DNA of 64,000 nucleotides from Patescibacteria group bacterium (GTDB lineage Bacteria; Patescibacteriota; Gracilibacteria; Peribacterales; Peribacteraceae). The translations under genes and the position numbers were made by a program. Positions 9,285 to 19,119 of this stretch are shown in pieces. Under the pieces are notes generated by a model. The model worked only from the letters and a program-made list of their open reading frames with translations. It was not told the origin of the DNA and searched no databases. The first letter of the stretch is position 1. Each line of letters begins with the position of its first letter. The stretch covers positions 13,958-77,957 of the forward strand of contig JAHIYH010000041.1 of the NCBI GenBank assembly GCA_018814875.1. The letters are read 5' to 3'.

Positions 9285-9989
9285 TTAGGATTCGGGCTGG
9301 GGATTGGGCTGGGGATTGGGCTGGGGCTCGGGTTCTGGTTCGGGCTGGGGTTCGAGCTGGGGTTCGGATGCTGAAGCTTGTGTCTCTTCAGAATTGTCTG
9401 GCTCATTTTCCTCCTTTAACTCCTTTTCCTCTTTTCCATCCTTTTCAGTCGTTTCTTCCTCAGACAGTCCTCCTTTCTCCGCGATTTCGCTAACAGCGCG
9501 TGCGAATCCAGTGAGCGGTGAGTTGCACATGCCCGCAAAAGTAACTAGCGGAGAGTTAATCATAGTTGCAAAGATGGCAAGAAGCTCTGTGCGACCGGGC
9601 ATCATGGCAAGTTCCATAGATTCGTTTTTTGTTAGTATCTTTCCATCGAAGATACCACCAAGAATCTTTACTTGGTTGTGAGCTTTTCCAAACTTAAATG
9701 CAATCTGTGCTCCAGAGAGTGGATCTATGGTGCTGAAGATGCAAGAAACAGGTCCGGTAATAATATTCGCATCGATCTCTGGCATGCCAGCTTCCTTAGC
9801 TGCAATTTTGATCAACGTCTTCTTTGCCACCTGCATTTCGGAATCCTGTTCTTTGAGTTGCGCTCTGAGTTCGCTTACTTCTGACACGGTTAATCCGATG
9901 TAATTAGTGAACATAACCGATTGCGCGGATTTAAATTTTTTCGTGAGATCTTTTACTTGGGCCTCTTTTTGTTGGCGCGTAAGTGCCAT
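9285..9989 (-). CDS. rplJ: 50S ribosomal protein L10 with acidic and EPQP-repeat C-terminal extension
   Basis: MALTRQQK start, LRAQL, VAKKTL, GGIFDG; start moved to ATG 9989. Confidence 0.95.
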   Translation of the reverse strand: MALTRQQKEAQVKDLTKKFKSAQSVMFTNYIGLTVSEVSELRAQLKEQDSEMQVAKKTLIKIAAKEAGMPEIDANIITGPVSCIFSTIDPLSGAQIAFKFGKAHNQVKILGGIFDGKILTKNESMELAMMPGRTELLAIFATMINSPLVTFAGMCNSPLTGFARAVSEIAEKGGLSEEETTEKDGKEEKELKEENEPDNSEETQASASEPQLEPQPEPEPEPQPNPQPNPQPES

Positions 9990-10094
9990 TTTAAGATGGA
10001 ATTTAAGAGATAAAAAAACTGGCCTCGGGACGACCGGGAGACCAGCGAGGCAGACGACACGAATCACGAAGCCGAAGCCAAATGGTCGATGCTG

Positions 10095-10152
10095 TATGCC
10101 TCGGAGGGGCTAACTTTCGGCCATCGGCCTAATGCCCTCGGTCTTCGGTCAG
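10095..10152 (-). promoter_or_regulatory. L10 leader-like autoregulatory RNA element
   Basis: CCGAAGAC..GGGC...GCCCCTCCGAGG upstream of rplJ; TTGACT-16-TAAACT promoter just upstream. Confidence 0.65.
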
Positions 10153-10249
10153 AATGGAAGTTTACTCAGAGTTTAGAGAGAGTCAAGAAATCTATGCTTC
10201 ATTTACAGTACTTATCTCAATATTGTCAATTTTGATTCTACTATTTACA

Positions 10250-10378
10250 AGGGGCTAGGGGCTAGGTTATAGGGACTAGATTAGGCAACTAGGCATTAGG
10301 GGTTAGTAATAATGAATTATATGTCTGTTTAATCTAGTTCCTAGACTAGCCCCTAGTGCATAGTCCCTATAACCTAGA
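10250..10378. repeat. Inverted pair of TAGGGGC/GCCCCTA-type arrays, empty site
   Basis: ggggctaggggctaggttatagggactag ... ctagcccctagtgcatagtccctataacctag. Confidence 0.85.
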
Positions 10379-10381
10379 TTT

Positions 10382-10825
10382 ATGCGAGTTCTCCTTCAAA
10401 AAGTCACTCAGGCAAAGGTTTCGGTCGATAGCTCAGTTGTTGGTCAGATTGACGCAGGTTATATCCTATTTCTTGGGATTATGGAAGGAGATACACAGGA
10501 TCAAGCGGAAAAGTTAGCGGATAAGGTCGTCAATGTCCGACTGTTTTCTGGAGAAGACGGAAAGATTAATGATCGGTCGCTTCTGGATATTGGCGGAGAG
10601 GCACTTATTGTTTCTCAGTTCACACTTGCAGGGCGACTGGAGAAGGGGAATCGTCCGGATTACACTCTTGCTGCAGGTCCAAAGGAGGCTGAAAAATTGT
10701 ATGAGTTTTTCATAAAACAACTTACAGAACGTGGAGTAAAAAAAGTTGAAGGAGGAAAGTTTGGTGCGTACATGAAGGTGGATCTCACGAATGATGGACC
10801 AGTAACACTGTGGATAGAAAGGTAA
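10382..10825 (+). CDS. dtd: D-aminoacyl-tRNA deacylase
   Basis: VSQFTL, KGNRP, NDGPVT motifs. Confidence 0.97.
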   Translation: MRVLLQKVTQAKVSVDSSVVGQIDAGYILFLGIMEGDTQDQAEKLADKVVNVRLFSGEDGKINDRSLLDIGGEALIVSQFTLAGRLEKGNRPDYTLAAGPKEAEKLYEFFIKQLTERGVKKVEGGKFGAYMKVDLTNDGPVTLWIER

Positions 10826-10828
10826 GTT

Positions 10829-10905
10829 GTAAATCCCAAATCACAAGCACCAAATCCCAAAAAATCTAGGGTGTAATCAAATTGGGTTTTGGGTTTTGGG
10901 ATTTT
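10829..10905. repeat. Inverted pair of AAATCCC/GGGATTT-type arrays; second site at 58008-58103
   Basis: Seen directly. Confidence 0.75.
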
Positions 10906-10993
10906 GCTCAGTCTTTTACATAGATAATTGCATAGTTTGCTCTTATAAATTCTTGCTTCAAATGTGCTAAAAGTAGTAGAATTTAGTTTCCTT

Positions 10994-12889
10994 ATGACTA
11001 AGAGTACTGCCGATATCTCTACGCTCCTAGAGCGCGTTGCAAATGCCAATTCTGACTTCGACATCGATCGTGTTGTAAGGGCATTTCGCTGTGCGCGTGA
11101 AGTGTATGGTGAAGAGTCACATCGTACTGGAGTAAATCTATATGAACATGCCACAGGAGTTTTGGAGCTCTTGCTCCCATTCGAACCTGATGAAGATACG
11201 ATTATTGCATCCATCCTTCACCATGTTGTTTCTAAAGATGGACTTTCGCTGACAGAACTGGAGGAGCGCTTTGGGCCAACAGTTCGTTCATTAGTGAGTG
11301 GAGTGCATTTACTCGCATCTATCACTATTGAAGGGAGCCGTAATTCAATTGATGATTTGCGTTTGATGCTGCTGAGTGTATCTGATGATATGCGTACGAT
11401 TCTCATTACACTTTCGGATCATTGCCATCTACTTGATCACGCGGAGGGAATTGGAAAAGATCGTGTAAAGCGTATTGCAAGTGATGTACTGCGTTTGTAT
11501 GCACCTGTCGCATCACGGCTTGGTATATACAACTTAAAGCAAGAATTGGAAAAGAGGGCTTTCCCCATTTGTTATCCGTCTGATGCAGAGCACATCACGG
11601 GTCAGATTGATAGATTACGTTCGCAACACGGGGACTTTATGGAAAATACGGCATCAGAATTAAAAACGTATCTATTGAATAATAACCTGCCCGTGAAGAT
11701 TGATTGGCGCGAGAAGCAGCCGTATAGCATCTTTCGCAAACTTAATACTAAGGGGCTCTCTTCTATAGAAGATGTGTACGATCTCTTTGCTATTCGTGTT
11801 ATTGTTGATCGAACGGATGAGTGTTATCAAACTCTGGGATTGATTCATAAATTGGGGCGTCCTATGGCGAATCGTTTTAAAGATTTTATCGCATTCCCCA
11901 AACCCAACGGATACCAGAGTTTGCACACTACACTTCTTCAATTGCCGCAGGTTCCAAGTGATATTTTTGTGGAAGTGCAGGTGCGTACAAAAAAGATGCA
12001 TCACGAAGCACAGTACGGAGTTGCAGCACATTGGAGTTACAAAGAGTACGGTGCTACACATCATGCGATGGAGCAGACGCAGCTCAGGAAGATGCTTTCC
12101 ATGCAGGAATCGGTACACGGAGAAGTCGAGTCCGAGTCCACACTGGCCGATCAAATCTATGTGCTTACTCCAAAAGGGGATATCGTGGAGCTTCCAGAAG
12201 GATCCACGCCGCTTGATTTCGCATTTCAGGTGCATACAGATTTAGGACTTTCGTTTCGCTCTGCGCGTGTGAACGGATCGATTGTGCCACTCAATCATGA
12301 GCTGGAAAATGGAGATGTGATTGATATTCTGAAGTACAGAACGCCAAGGCCATCGCCACAATGGATGCAGCTTCTTAAAATTTCATCGTCGCGATCAAAG
12401 CTGAAGAGACATCTTTATCTTCAGCGACGCTCGGAATTTATTACAAAGGGGCGTGAGAAAGTGAATACGGAACTAACCAAGCATTCACTCCCATCACTCG
12501 ATAGTGATCTAAGTATTATGCGTGTATACGATGGCGATGTGCTTCCTTTTGCACGTCGTGAGGATCTTTTGATGAAAGTAGGGCAAGGATCGCAGAATGC
12601 GGCCTCTATCTTCCCGCACTTGGAAGCATTGCGTAGTCATGATTTTTCGAAGTCAAAACCGCGCAATCGCACTATTCCAAAACAACAAAGGAAGAATAAT
12701 TTGGTTGAATTGGAAGGAGGTCTTCCTATGCCCACTCGTTTTGCGAAAGGATGCAAACCAGATGATGGGAAACGAGAAGAAATTGTTGGTGTGATCAATC
12801 GAAGTGGTGAGGTGGTCATTCATCGTAGTGGATGCAAGATGCTTAAGAGGGCGAATCCTGAAAGGAAGATCAAAGCGTTGTGGAAATAA
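10994..12889 (+). CDS. rel: RelA/SpoT family (p)ppGpp synthetase; degenerate HD domain, TGS present, no ACT domain
   Basis: REKQPYSI, DLFAIRV, RFKDFIAFPKPNGYQSLHT, AAHWSYK, TPLDFAF. Confidence 0.92.
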   Translation: MTKSTADISTLLERVANANSDFDIDRVVRAFRCAREVYGEESHRTGVNLYEHATGVLELLLPFEPDEDTIIASILHHVVSKDGLSLTELEERFGPTVRSLVSGVHLLASITIEGSRNSIDDLRLMLLSVSDDMRTILITLSDHCHLLDHAEGIGKDRVKRIASDVLRLYAPVASRLGIYNLKQELEKRAFPICYPSDAEHITGQIDRLRSQHGDFMENTASELKTYLLNNNLPVKIDWREKQPYSIFRKLNTKGLSSIEDVYDLFAIRVIVDRTDECYQTLGLIHKLGRPMANRFKDFIAFPKPNGYQSLHTTLLQLPQVPSDIFVEVQVRTKKMHHEAQYGVAAHWSYKEYGATHHAMEQTQLRKMLSMQESVHGEVESESTLADQIYVLTPKGDIVELPEGSTPLDFAFQVHTDLGLSFRSARVNGSIVPLNHELENGDVIDILKYRTPRPSPQWMQLLKISSSRSKLKRHLYLQRRSEFITKGREKVNTELTKHSLPSLDSDLSIMRVYDGDVLPFARREDLLMKVGQGSQNAASIFPHLEALRSHDFSKSKPRNRTIPKQQRKNNLVELEGGLPMPTRFAKGCKPDDGKREEIVGVINRSGEVVIHRSGCKMLKRANPERKIKALWK

Positions 12890-12911
12890 TTCTAGGTCTT
12901 GGCTGCATCTG

Positions 12912-13001
12912 ATTAGTTACTAGTTTCTAGTTGATTAGTTTTTGGTTTCTAGTTTAATGACAAATAACTAGAAACCAGTAACTAGAAAACTAGAAACTAA
13001 T
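12912..13001. repeat. Inverted pair of TAGTTTC/GAAACTA arrays between convergent genes
   Basis: Seen directly. Confidence 0.85.
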
Positions 13002-13017
13002 TAGGATTAGTATGTGA

Positions 13018-14298
13018 TTACTCCAGCATCATCTTAATAAGTTTTTCCACACGCTTCTGCCACTTTAGCTGATGCCATCCTTGGTATCCCTTCTGGTACA
13101 TTGGCTCAATCTTTGCACGTTGTTCTGGTTTCATAGATGCAAGGGTCTCAGCAACTGCCTGTTCCATTTCCTTATCATCCAGATCAATCTCTTTCTCGTC
13201 TGCTAGGTGTTGAATTCCAAAACGTAGCGTCAGGCGATCAACTGCTTGTTTGTTCATATCGGATTTAATGTTTTCGGGTTTCTTGTCCATCTTCTTCATC
13301 CAATCGCTAAGTTCAATATTGCGCTCTTTTAGCTGACGTGCGAAGTTTTCGAATAGGTCACGTTCTTCTTCTTCCACTAGTTCTGGGGCAAGTTCTACTT
13401 TGGTTGCTTTACGAATCTGATCCAGTAATTCCTGCTCACGTTTTTGATCTGAGAGACGCTCTTCCTGTTGTTCCATTGATTCACGAACACTCTTTTTGAA
13501 GTTCTCAGCCGAGTCGGCATTGAGGTGTTGCTGTACAAACGCATCCGTAAGCTTTGGCTTGGTTACTTCTTCCACTTTGCTGATTGTGACATGGAATGTG
13601 ACAGGCTTATTTTGCAGGTGCTCAGCGTGGTACTTATCAGGAAAGGCGACAGTGAATGTTTTCTTGTCAGATTTCTTTAGCCCTTCCAGCTCTTCCTCAA
13701 ACCCCGGAATGAGTGACTTACTTCCAAGAACTACCTGATGTCCGGTTGTGCGGATACCGTCGATTTCTTTTCCGTCGGAATCTTCACCGTAAAAATCCAT
13801 TGTGATGCGATCATCTTTCTTTGCATTTCGATCAATCTCCTTAGTTGTAATGTGTTGTTCTAGGAAATAGTCCATTGTGCGTTCGATGTCCTTGTCATCA
13901 ACTTTTGGTGGCTTCTTATCCACTTTAATCTTGCCTGCACCTTTTACTGTTACTTCTGGATGTTCGATGAAAGTAATCGTCAATGTAAGTGGCTCGCTAG
14001 TCTGCGCTTCTACTTTTGGCGGTGCGATTGGCTTAATCTCATTTTCCTCTATAAGTTTCTTGATTGTATTTGGTAGTAATTCACGAATGGTTTCTTCCAT
14101 AAGCTGATCGGGGCTGACTTTTTCGCGGATCATATCTATGGGAACTTTACCTGTGCGAAAACCTTCGATCTTGGTTGTAGATCCGATTTTTTTCAGTGCT
14201 GCATTTTCTGCAGGTGTGATTTGTTCTTCTGTAAATGTGACCGTACAGACGGTTCGGCCGGCTTTGTCGCGTTTTGGAGCTGTAGATTTGGTGGTCAT
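13018..14298 (-). CDS. tig: Trigger factor
   Basis: GFRTGKVP ribosome-binding motif; FKBP domain (LIPGFEE, FPDKYHAEHL); start set at MTTKST. Confidence 0.95.
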   Translation of the reverse strand: MTTKSTAPKRDKAGRTVCTVTFTEEQITPAENAALKKIGSTTKIEGFRTGKVPIDMIREKVSPDQLMEETIRELLPNTIKKLIEENEIKPIAPPKVEAQTSEPLTLTITFIEHPEVTVKGAGKIKVDKKPPKVDDKDIERTMDYFLEQHITTKEIDRNAKKDDRITMDFYGEDSDGKEIDGIRTTGHQVVLGSKSLIPGFEEELEGLKKSDKKTFTVAFPDKYHAEHLQNKPVTFHVTISKVEEVTKPKLTDAFVQQHLNADSAENFKKSVRESMEQQEERLSDQKREQELLDQIRKATKVELAPELVEEEERDLFENFARQLKERNIELSDWMKKMDKKPENIKSDMNKQAVDRLTLRFGIQHLADEKEIDLDDKEMEQAVAETLASMKPEQRAKIEPMYQKGYQGWHQLKWQKRVEKLIKMMLE

Positions 14299-14314
14299 TA
14301 TATAAGTGGTTAAA

Positions 14315-14662
14315 AGCTGGTAGCTTGTAGCTTGTAGTTTGTAGATAGTTAATGCAAGAAACAACCGAACTAATTGTTCTATTCAAGAATCATAAATAAT
14401 GCGCCATTGGATTCACGCTGCAACTTTGAAATGGTCGGCTTCCTTCCATGCATCATTTCAAATAGCTCTTCAAGTTTCCTGTTTTGTTCAGAAGTTGTGC
14501 TTGCATCTCCAAGGGATAAGTGAGCTATTGCCACTGGTTTTAACATCGCTGATGCCTTTGTTACGTCTTTGGGATTCATAGGCACGTCAATCTACTTTCC
14601 TTGAATCTTACATGCAAGAAACTATTCAGGAGTTCCTTCCTACCAGCTACCAGCTACAAGCT
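14315..14662. repeat. Inverted TAGCTTG/CAAGCTA arrays (14315-14344, 14640-14662) enclosing a small ORF cassette
   Basis: Seen directly; 11-bp direct repeat ATGCAAGAAAC at 14352 and 14612. Confidence 0.8.
14379..14585 (-). CDS. Small hypothetical protein
   Basis: 68 aa; TTGCAT-17-TAGATT promoter-like element just upstream. Confidence 0.5.
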   Translation of the reverse strand: MPMNPKDVTKASAMLKPVAIAHLSLGDASTTSEQNRKLEELFEMMHGRKPTISKLQRESNGALFMILE

Positions 14663-14667
14663 AATAA

Positions 14668-15579
14668 TTAGCTCTTCTTCTTCCAATACACCAAAAGCGG
14701 AGTCGCGAGGAACAAAGACGAATACGTTCCAATAATCGCTCCTATAATTAATGTAAGAACAAACCATCTAATGCTCTCGGATCCTAAAACGAATAATGCA
14801 AAAAGCATGATGAGTGTTGATACACTTGTATTGATCGATCGTGTTACGCTCTGATGCAAGCTCCGTTCTGCAACAATGTAAAATTCTTCTCCTCTGTGGC
14901 TGGTGAGCAAATTATCACGGATACGATCGAATATGACGATAGTGTCATTTACTGAATATCCTAAGATAGTTAACAGTGCTGTTATAAACAGCGTATCAAA
15001 TTCAAATGAAGTGATCTGACTTAAAATAACAAAGATGCCGACGGTAATAAGTACGTCATGTAACAATGTGACAACTGCAATGATTCCAAATCTCCAAGGA
15101 CTTAAGCGCTTTGGAACTTTGCGAAATGCAAATGCGATATATAGAACAATTGCGACGCTTGCGATGCCCAATGCCCAGAATGATCGCTTTTTAAGTGATG
15201 CACCGACTGTGGGTCCGATGGTTGTAAATTGCATCTCCTCTGTTTCCCCCAATGTTGTTGTTAGATGAGCGATAAGCGCCAGATGTTCTTCATTCGTCAA
15301 ATTACGCATTCGCATTAGCATTGTCTCGGATTTAGTCGCAGAGATAGATACATTGTCGAGCTGAGATTTATCCTCAAAAACAAGTGAGCTCATGGCATTG
15401 GCGAGGTCATCTTTTGTTGATGCACTTGGAATCTTCAGTTCTATTAGAGTTCCACCCGTAAAGTCGATGCTTAGAGTGGGTCCTGGGTAGAACAAAAGAA
15501 CGATGCTGACGCCTACGAGTGCTGCCGAAAGCATCAAGAAGTACTTTGCTGGTTTTATAAAGGAGAATTTCATTGGCAC
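14668..15579 (-). CDS. secF: Protein translocase subunit SecF
   Basis: IDFTGG, IGPTVG, GYSVNDTIVIFDRIR, GTYSSLFLA. Confidence 0.96.
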   Translation of the reverse strand: MPMKFSFIKPAKYFLMLSAALVGVSIVLLFYPGPTLSIDFTGGTLIELKIPSASTKDDLANAMSSLVFEDKSQLDNVSISATKSETMLMRMRNLTNEEHLALIAHLTTTLGETEEMQFTTIGPTVGASLKKRSFWALGIASVAIVLYIAFAFRKVPKRLSPWRFGIIAVVTLLHDVLITVGIFVILSQITSFEFDTLFITALLTILGYSVNDTIVIFDRIRDNLLTSHRGEEFYIVAERSLHQSVTRSINTSVSTLIMLFALFVLGSESIRWFVLTLIIGAIIGTYSSLFLATPLLVYWKKKS

Positions 15580-15621
15580 GAGAGTAGCGCGACTTAAGAG
15601 CGAATGCTAGATAATTGACTG

Positions 15622-16986
15622 TTATTCGATGATGAGGGTAGTTACAGCCCCCTGCTGTTCCACAGACCATAACAGCTTTCCCGATAGATGATTGAAGAAT
15701 GGAGGAAGTGATTCGGATTTGAGCGACGGAAATACTTCTTTGATAAGTGATGATGCATCTTCTAATGATACTGAACCGTCTGTGATTTTTTCCAATACGG
15801 TCAAAGATGGATTTGATGGCGGGATCACTTCTACATTCTTTTCCAGAATCTGCTCGAGTGCCGACAAAGAATTGGCCATAACAAATGTTGAACCGCGCAT
15901 AGCAGAGGCAAATTCTCGCCTATCGGAAGTGCGTGTGGTAATTATTTCCCAGTTTAAGTATTTGTCAGTTTCTTTCTGAGTAGAGCTTTTATCGATTCGT
16001 ATGTCTGTTGCAGAGAATCGATCATCGAATGTGCGTTTTGTAACTTGAGTGCTTGGACTCACAGATCTAAAGCCATCATGCAGTAATTCTATATGTTCAG
16101 AAAGAGTGCGAGAATTTTTATCAATACCTTCGACAGCCAATAATGTTACGCCCGAACTATTTTTTCCGAGATGAATTGTTGTTGGGCTGGTGAACATTGG
16201 AAGGATGTCGTAAGTGAAACTAACAGAAGAACCGAATGTTTCTTCTACGATTCGACTAACAGATCCTTCCAAAAAACTTCGCTCAGTATCGGCAAGCGCA
16301 TGTGTGAGTTTTGTCCAAGTGTGCGATGCATTGTAACTGCGTAATGTTAGTGCAGATCCTGAAAATGTACTTTCAATTGTAGGTGAAAGTCCACGTATGG
16401 GCAGGGGAGTGCTACCAACGAATGAAATCTGTGTTCTGCCATCTTCAAAAGACAGTGCTGCATGTGTGCTTCCTATGGGGATCAGTGCATTCAGGATTTT
16501 TTCAGGAAATGTTTTAGAAAATGGAAGGACAGAAAGATCAAGGAATACCCACGATTCTTCCTGCACTAACTGATTGTAAGACAGAGAAGAGCTGAGGCGT
16601 GGGGTAGAAGTTTTTAAAAGTGCTTCGGCAAGTGGATCTGATACAGATACACTAAAACGACCAAAGGTAGTTTCTTCCGTCGAGTCTTCATCTGATTCCA
16701 AAAATTCTGCTACGAAGAGTTCTTCTTCAATAGCAAGGAGTGCAATCGTCTTCTTTTGATTCGGTGTAATTGTTCCCAATACAGGGAAGAAGGCCTCAAA
16801 TTTTCTGATGGTCTCTTCATCTACTTTGGAGAAGAGTGCGACTGTGTGGTACTCAGGCAAAAAATCAGCTGGAACACTTTGGATCTCAGTGATGGTATTT
16901 GTTGCAGAAATGAGTACAGCAAGAATTGCGATAGAGATAGCTGCTGCCACCGTGATTATGCCGAATGCGCGTAGGATGGATTGCAT
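15622..16986 (-). CDS. Hypothetical exported or membrane-anchored protein
   Basis: 454 aa with N-terminal hydrophobic segment. Confidence 0.75.
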   Translation of the reverse strand: MQSILRAFGIITVAAAISIAILAVLISATNTITEIQSVPADFLPEYHTVALFSKVDEETIRKFEAFFPVLGTITPNQKKTIALLAIEEELFVAEFLESDEDSTEETTFGRFSVSVSDPLAEALLKTSTPRLSSSLSYNQLVQEESWVFLDLSVLPFSKTFPEKILNALIPIGSTHAALSFEDGRTQISFVGSTPLPIRGLSPTIESTFSGSALTLRSYNASHTWTKLTHALADTERSFLEGSVSRIVEETFGSSVSFTYDILPMFTSPTTIHLGKNSSGVTLLAVEGIDKNSRTLSEHIELLHDGFRSVSPSTQVTKRTFDDRFSATDIRIDKSSTQKETDKYLNWEIITTRTSDRREFASAMRGSTFVMANSLSALEQILEKNVEVIPPSNPSLTVLEKITDGSVSLEDASSLIKEVFPSLKSESLPPFFNHLSGKLLWSVEQQGAVTTLIIE

Positions 16987-17107
16987 GAAAGACTTCTTTT
17001 ACTTTAGAGAGTTTTTGTACTTAGAGGAAGATAAGAAAAAGCTGAAAATGGGGGCGCTGGTTTTGTGTAACCAGCGCCCTGGATGATTCGTTGACCCCCA
17101 ACTACTT

Positions 17108-17296
17108 TTAGGCCTCCTCCTTGCAGTGGTAGATGAATACGATTTCCCCTTTCTCATCTCTCACAACATTCCGTTGAACGATAAACACGGAATGCTTTGC
17201 AAGCCAGCTATTAACTCGCTTGATGAGTGAGTCAAGAGTTTCTTGGTTTGTCTCGTTACATCGAAAGACGTGGATTTGTTCCATCGTAAGCTCCAT
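17108..17296 (-). CDS. Small hypothetical protein with its own promoter
   Basis: 62 aa; TTGACA-17-TAATAT upstream; boxA-like leader. Confidence 0.55.
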   Translation of the reverse strand: MELTMEQIHVFRCNETNQETLDSLIKRVNSWLAKHSVFIVQRNVVRDEKGEIVFIYHCKEEA

Positions 17297-17517
17297 TCTT
17301 TATGGTGTTGTCAACGAACACCTGATTAGGGCCAGCCGACAACATCAAAGTAAAGTTACCGATTGCCACTTAACAGGATGTTCCATATTAATATACATTA
17401 AATGTTCTGTCAAGTGCGGTTGCTGTGTTTCTGCCTATTTCATTCTTCTCTTTAATTCATTCTTCTTTTGAAAGATCAGTTGTATTAAATCATTCTAAAT
17501 TTTTCATTTTTCATTTT

Positions 17518-17577
17518 CTTGCCGGCCGTAGCCTTGCTTGCCGGACATAGCCCTTGCGACGGCTGGGCGAAGGCTGG
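17518..17577 (+). repeat. Nested REP-like element (30-bp copy inside the loop of another), within a TTTTTCA array
   Basis: Outer part matches the 4376 copy; inner copy at 17537-17566. Confidence 0.85.
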
Positions 17578-17590
17578 TCATTTTTAATTC

Positions 17591-18901
17591 TTAATTTTCT
17601 AATTCTTCCAACTTTTCTTCCACACTCTTCATATTCGGATTAATAATGAGTGCCTTTCCAAATGCTTCGCGGGCTTCATCTGTTCGATTCGTTTCCATGC
17701 ATGCCCATCCAAGCAATTCCCATGCTCTGGCATCTTGTGGCCATAGAGCTGTAGCCTCGGTCGCTTTGATGAATGCTTCTTCGTGATTGCCAAGTGCGAG
17801 GCTCGCTGTTATGTATCCATCGAACATTTCGAATGTAGCATCTTCCATTTGTGTTAGTGCTTCGTACTGTGCAAGTGCCACGGCGGCATTTCCATTTTCC
17901 AAAGCGGATTTTGCAATCAGTCGTCGGATTTCTGATTCCGGCTCAAATCCATTTGCAAGTGCGTACTCAAAGAAGGTAATCGCATTCTCGTGCTGAGCGA
18001 GGTCGGCATATGCTCTGGCCAAGAAGTACTGTACCTCCGGTTTCTGTGGATCTAAGTTGTAGGCTTGTTCAAGAGAAGCGAGTGCATCTTGCGAACGTTC
18101 GGTTATCAATTCGCAATAGCCCTGAACTATCCATGCATCTCTGTAGTCGTCATTGGATGTTGTTACTTGCACAAGGAGTGGCAGTGCCAGTTCACATTCC
18201 TGAGATTGTGCGAGTGCGCGAGCAAGTAGTGTGATCAAGTGTAGATTCGATCCCTCTGGGAATAACATGAATTCATCATATGCAGCCTGAAGTGTTCTGG
18301 AATATGAGCGTAAGACAGGCTCCCATCCGTTTATTACCTGTGCAAGTTCTGCTTGTGCGATGTCGTGATTCCCTTGGATGATTGCAAGGAGCGCGAGTCC
18401 GTAGTGTTTTTGTGGTGAATCTGTCCCGTTTTCCAAAATTTGTTGCGCTTTAATCAGCTCTCCTGCACGTAGACTTACAATACTTTCTAGAAGAAGAAGA
18501 TCCTCCGGTCGTGCGCCGGCTGATCGCATTTTATCGAGTGTGGAACGAACACCAGAAATATCTCTGCGTTGCAATTGTGCGCGTGCAAGTTTGCGCAGTG
18601 CCGGCAATCCGCCATTAGCTTTAACTGCATCTTTGTATTTCTCTTGTGCTTCTTTCCATTCTCCACGTAGTGCCAACAGATCTCCTTGACGAAGATATAC
18701 GAGTGCTTTGTCGCGTGGGTCTATTGGGGCATCTGTGATTGTGGTGGTAATGTTCGTATTAAGGTTAGGTTTTAGGAATGATAATGGATCACTTAAAAGT
18801 GCTGTAGATTGTGAAATCTGCCACCATAGAAATACAACCAAGACTCCCGCTAAGAAGGCGGCAAGTGCTATGGGAACGATGATTCTGGCGGGTATCTTCA
18901 T
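17591..18901 (-). CDS. Membrane-anchored tetratricopeptide repeat protein
   Basis: N-terminal TM segment; TPR-like repeats (AYNLDP, AWELLG, ALIINP). Confidence 0.85.
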   Translation of the reverse strand: MKIPARIIVPIALAAFLAGVLVVFLWWQISQSTALLSDPLSFLKPNLNTNITTTITDAPIDPRDKALVYLRQGDLLALRGEWKEAQEKYKDAVKANGGLPALRKLARAQLQRRDISGVRSTLDKMRSAGARPEDLLLLESIVSLRAGELIKAQQILENGTDSPQKHYGLALLAIIQGNHDIAQAELAQVINGWEPVLRSYSRTLQAAYDEFMLFPEGSNLHLITLLARALAQSQECELALPLLVQVTTSNDDYRDAWIVQGYCELITERSQDALASLEQAYNLDPQKPEVQYFLARAYADLAQHENAITFFEYALANGFEPESEIRRLIAKSALENGNAAVALAQYEALTQMEDATFEMFDGYITASLALGNHEEAFIKATEATALWPQDARAWELLGWACMETNRTDEAREAFGKALIINPNMKSVEEKLEELEN

Positions 18902-18942
18902 ATGGCATTGAAGAGTAGCGGATGTGGGGGGAATGCTCAACT

Positions 18943-19119
18943 TAAGAAGGTAAGGAAGGTAAGGAATGTCAGGAATGTCAGGAAGGTAAGGAAGGTCAGG
19001 AATGTCAGGAAGGTAAGGAAGGTCAGGAATGTCAGGAAGGTAAAGAATGTAAGGAAAGTTTCAATACCTTCAATACCTTCAATACCTTCTTTACCTTCCT
19101 TACCTACCTTACCTTCTAC
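18943..19119. repeat. Inverted pair of 9-mer arrays (AAGGTAAGG / CCTTACCTT); family also at 34218-34346 and 60000-60098
   Basis: Seen directly. Confidence 0.92.
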
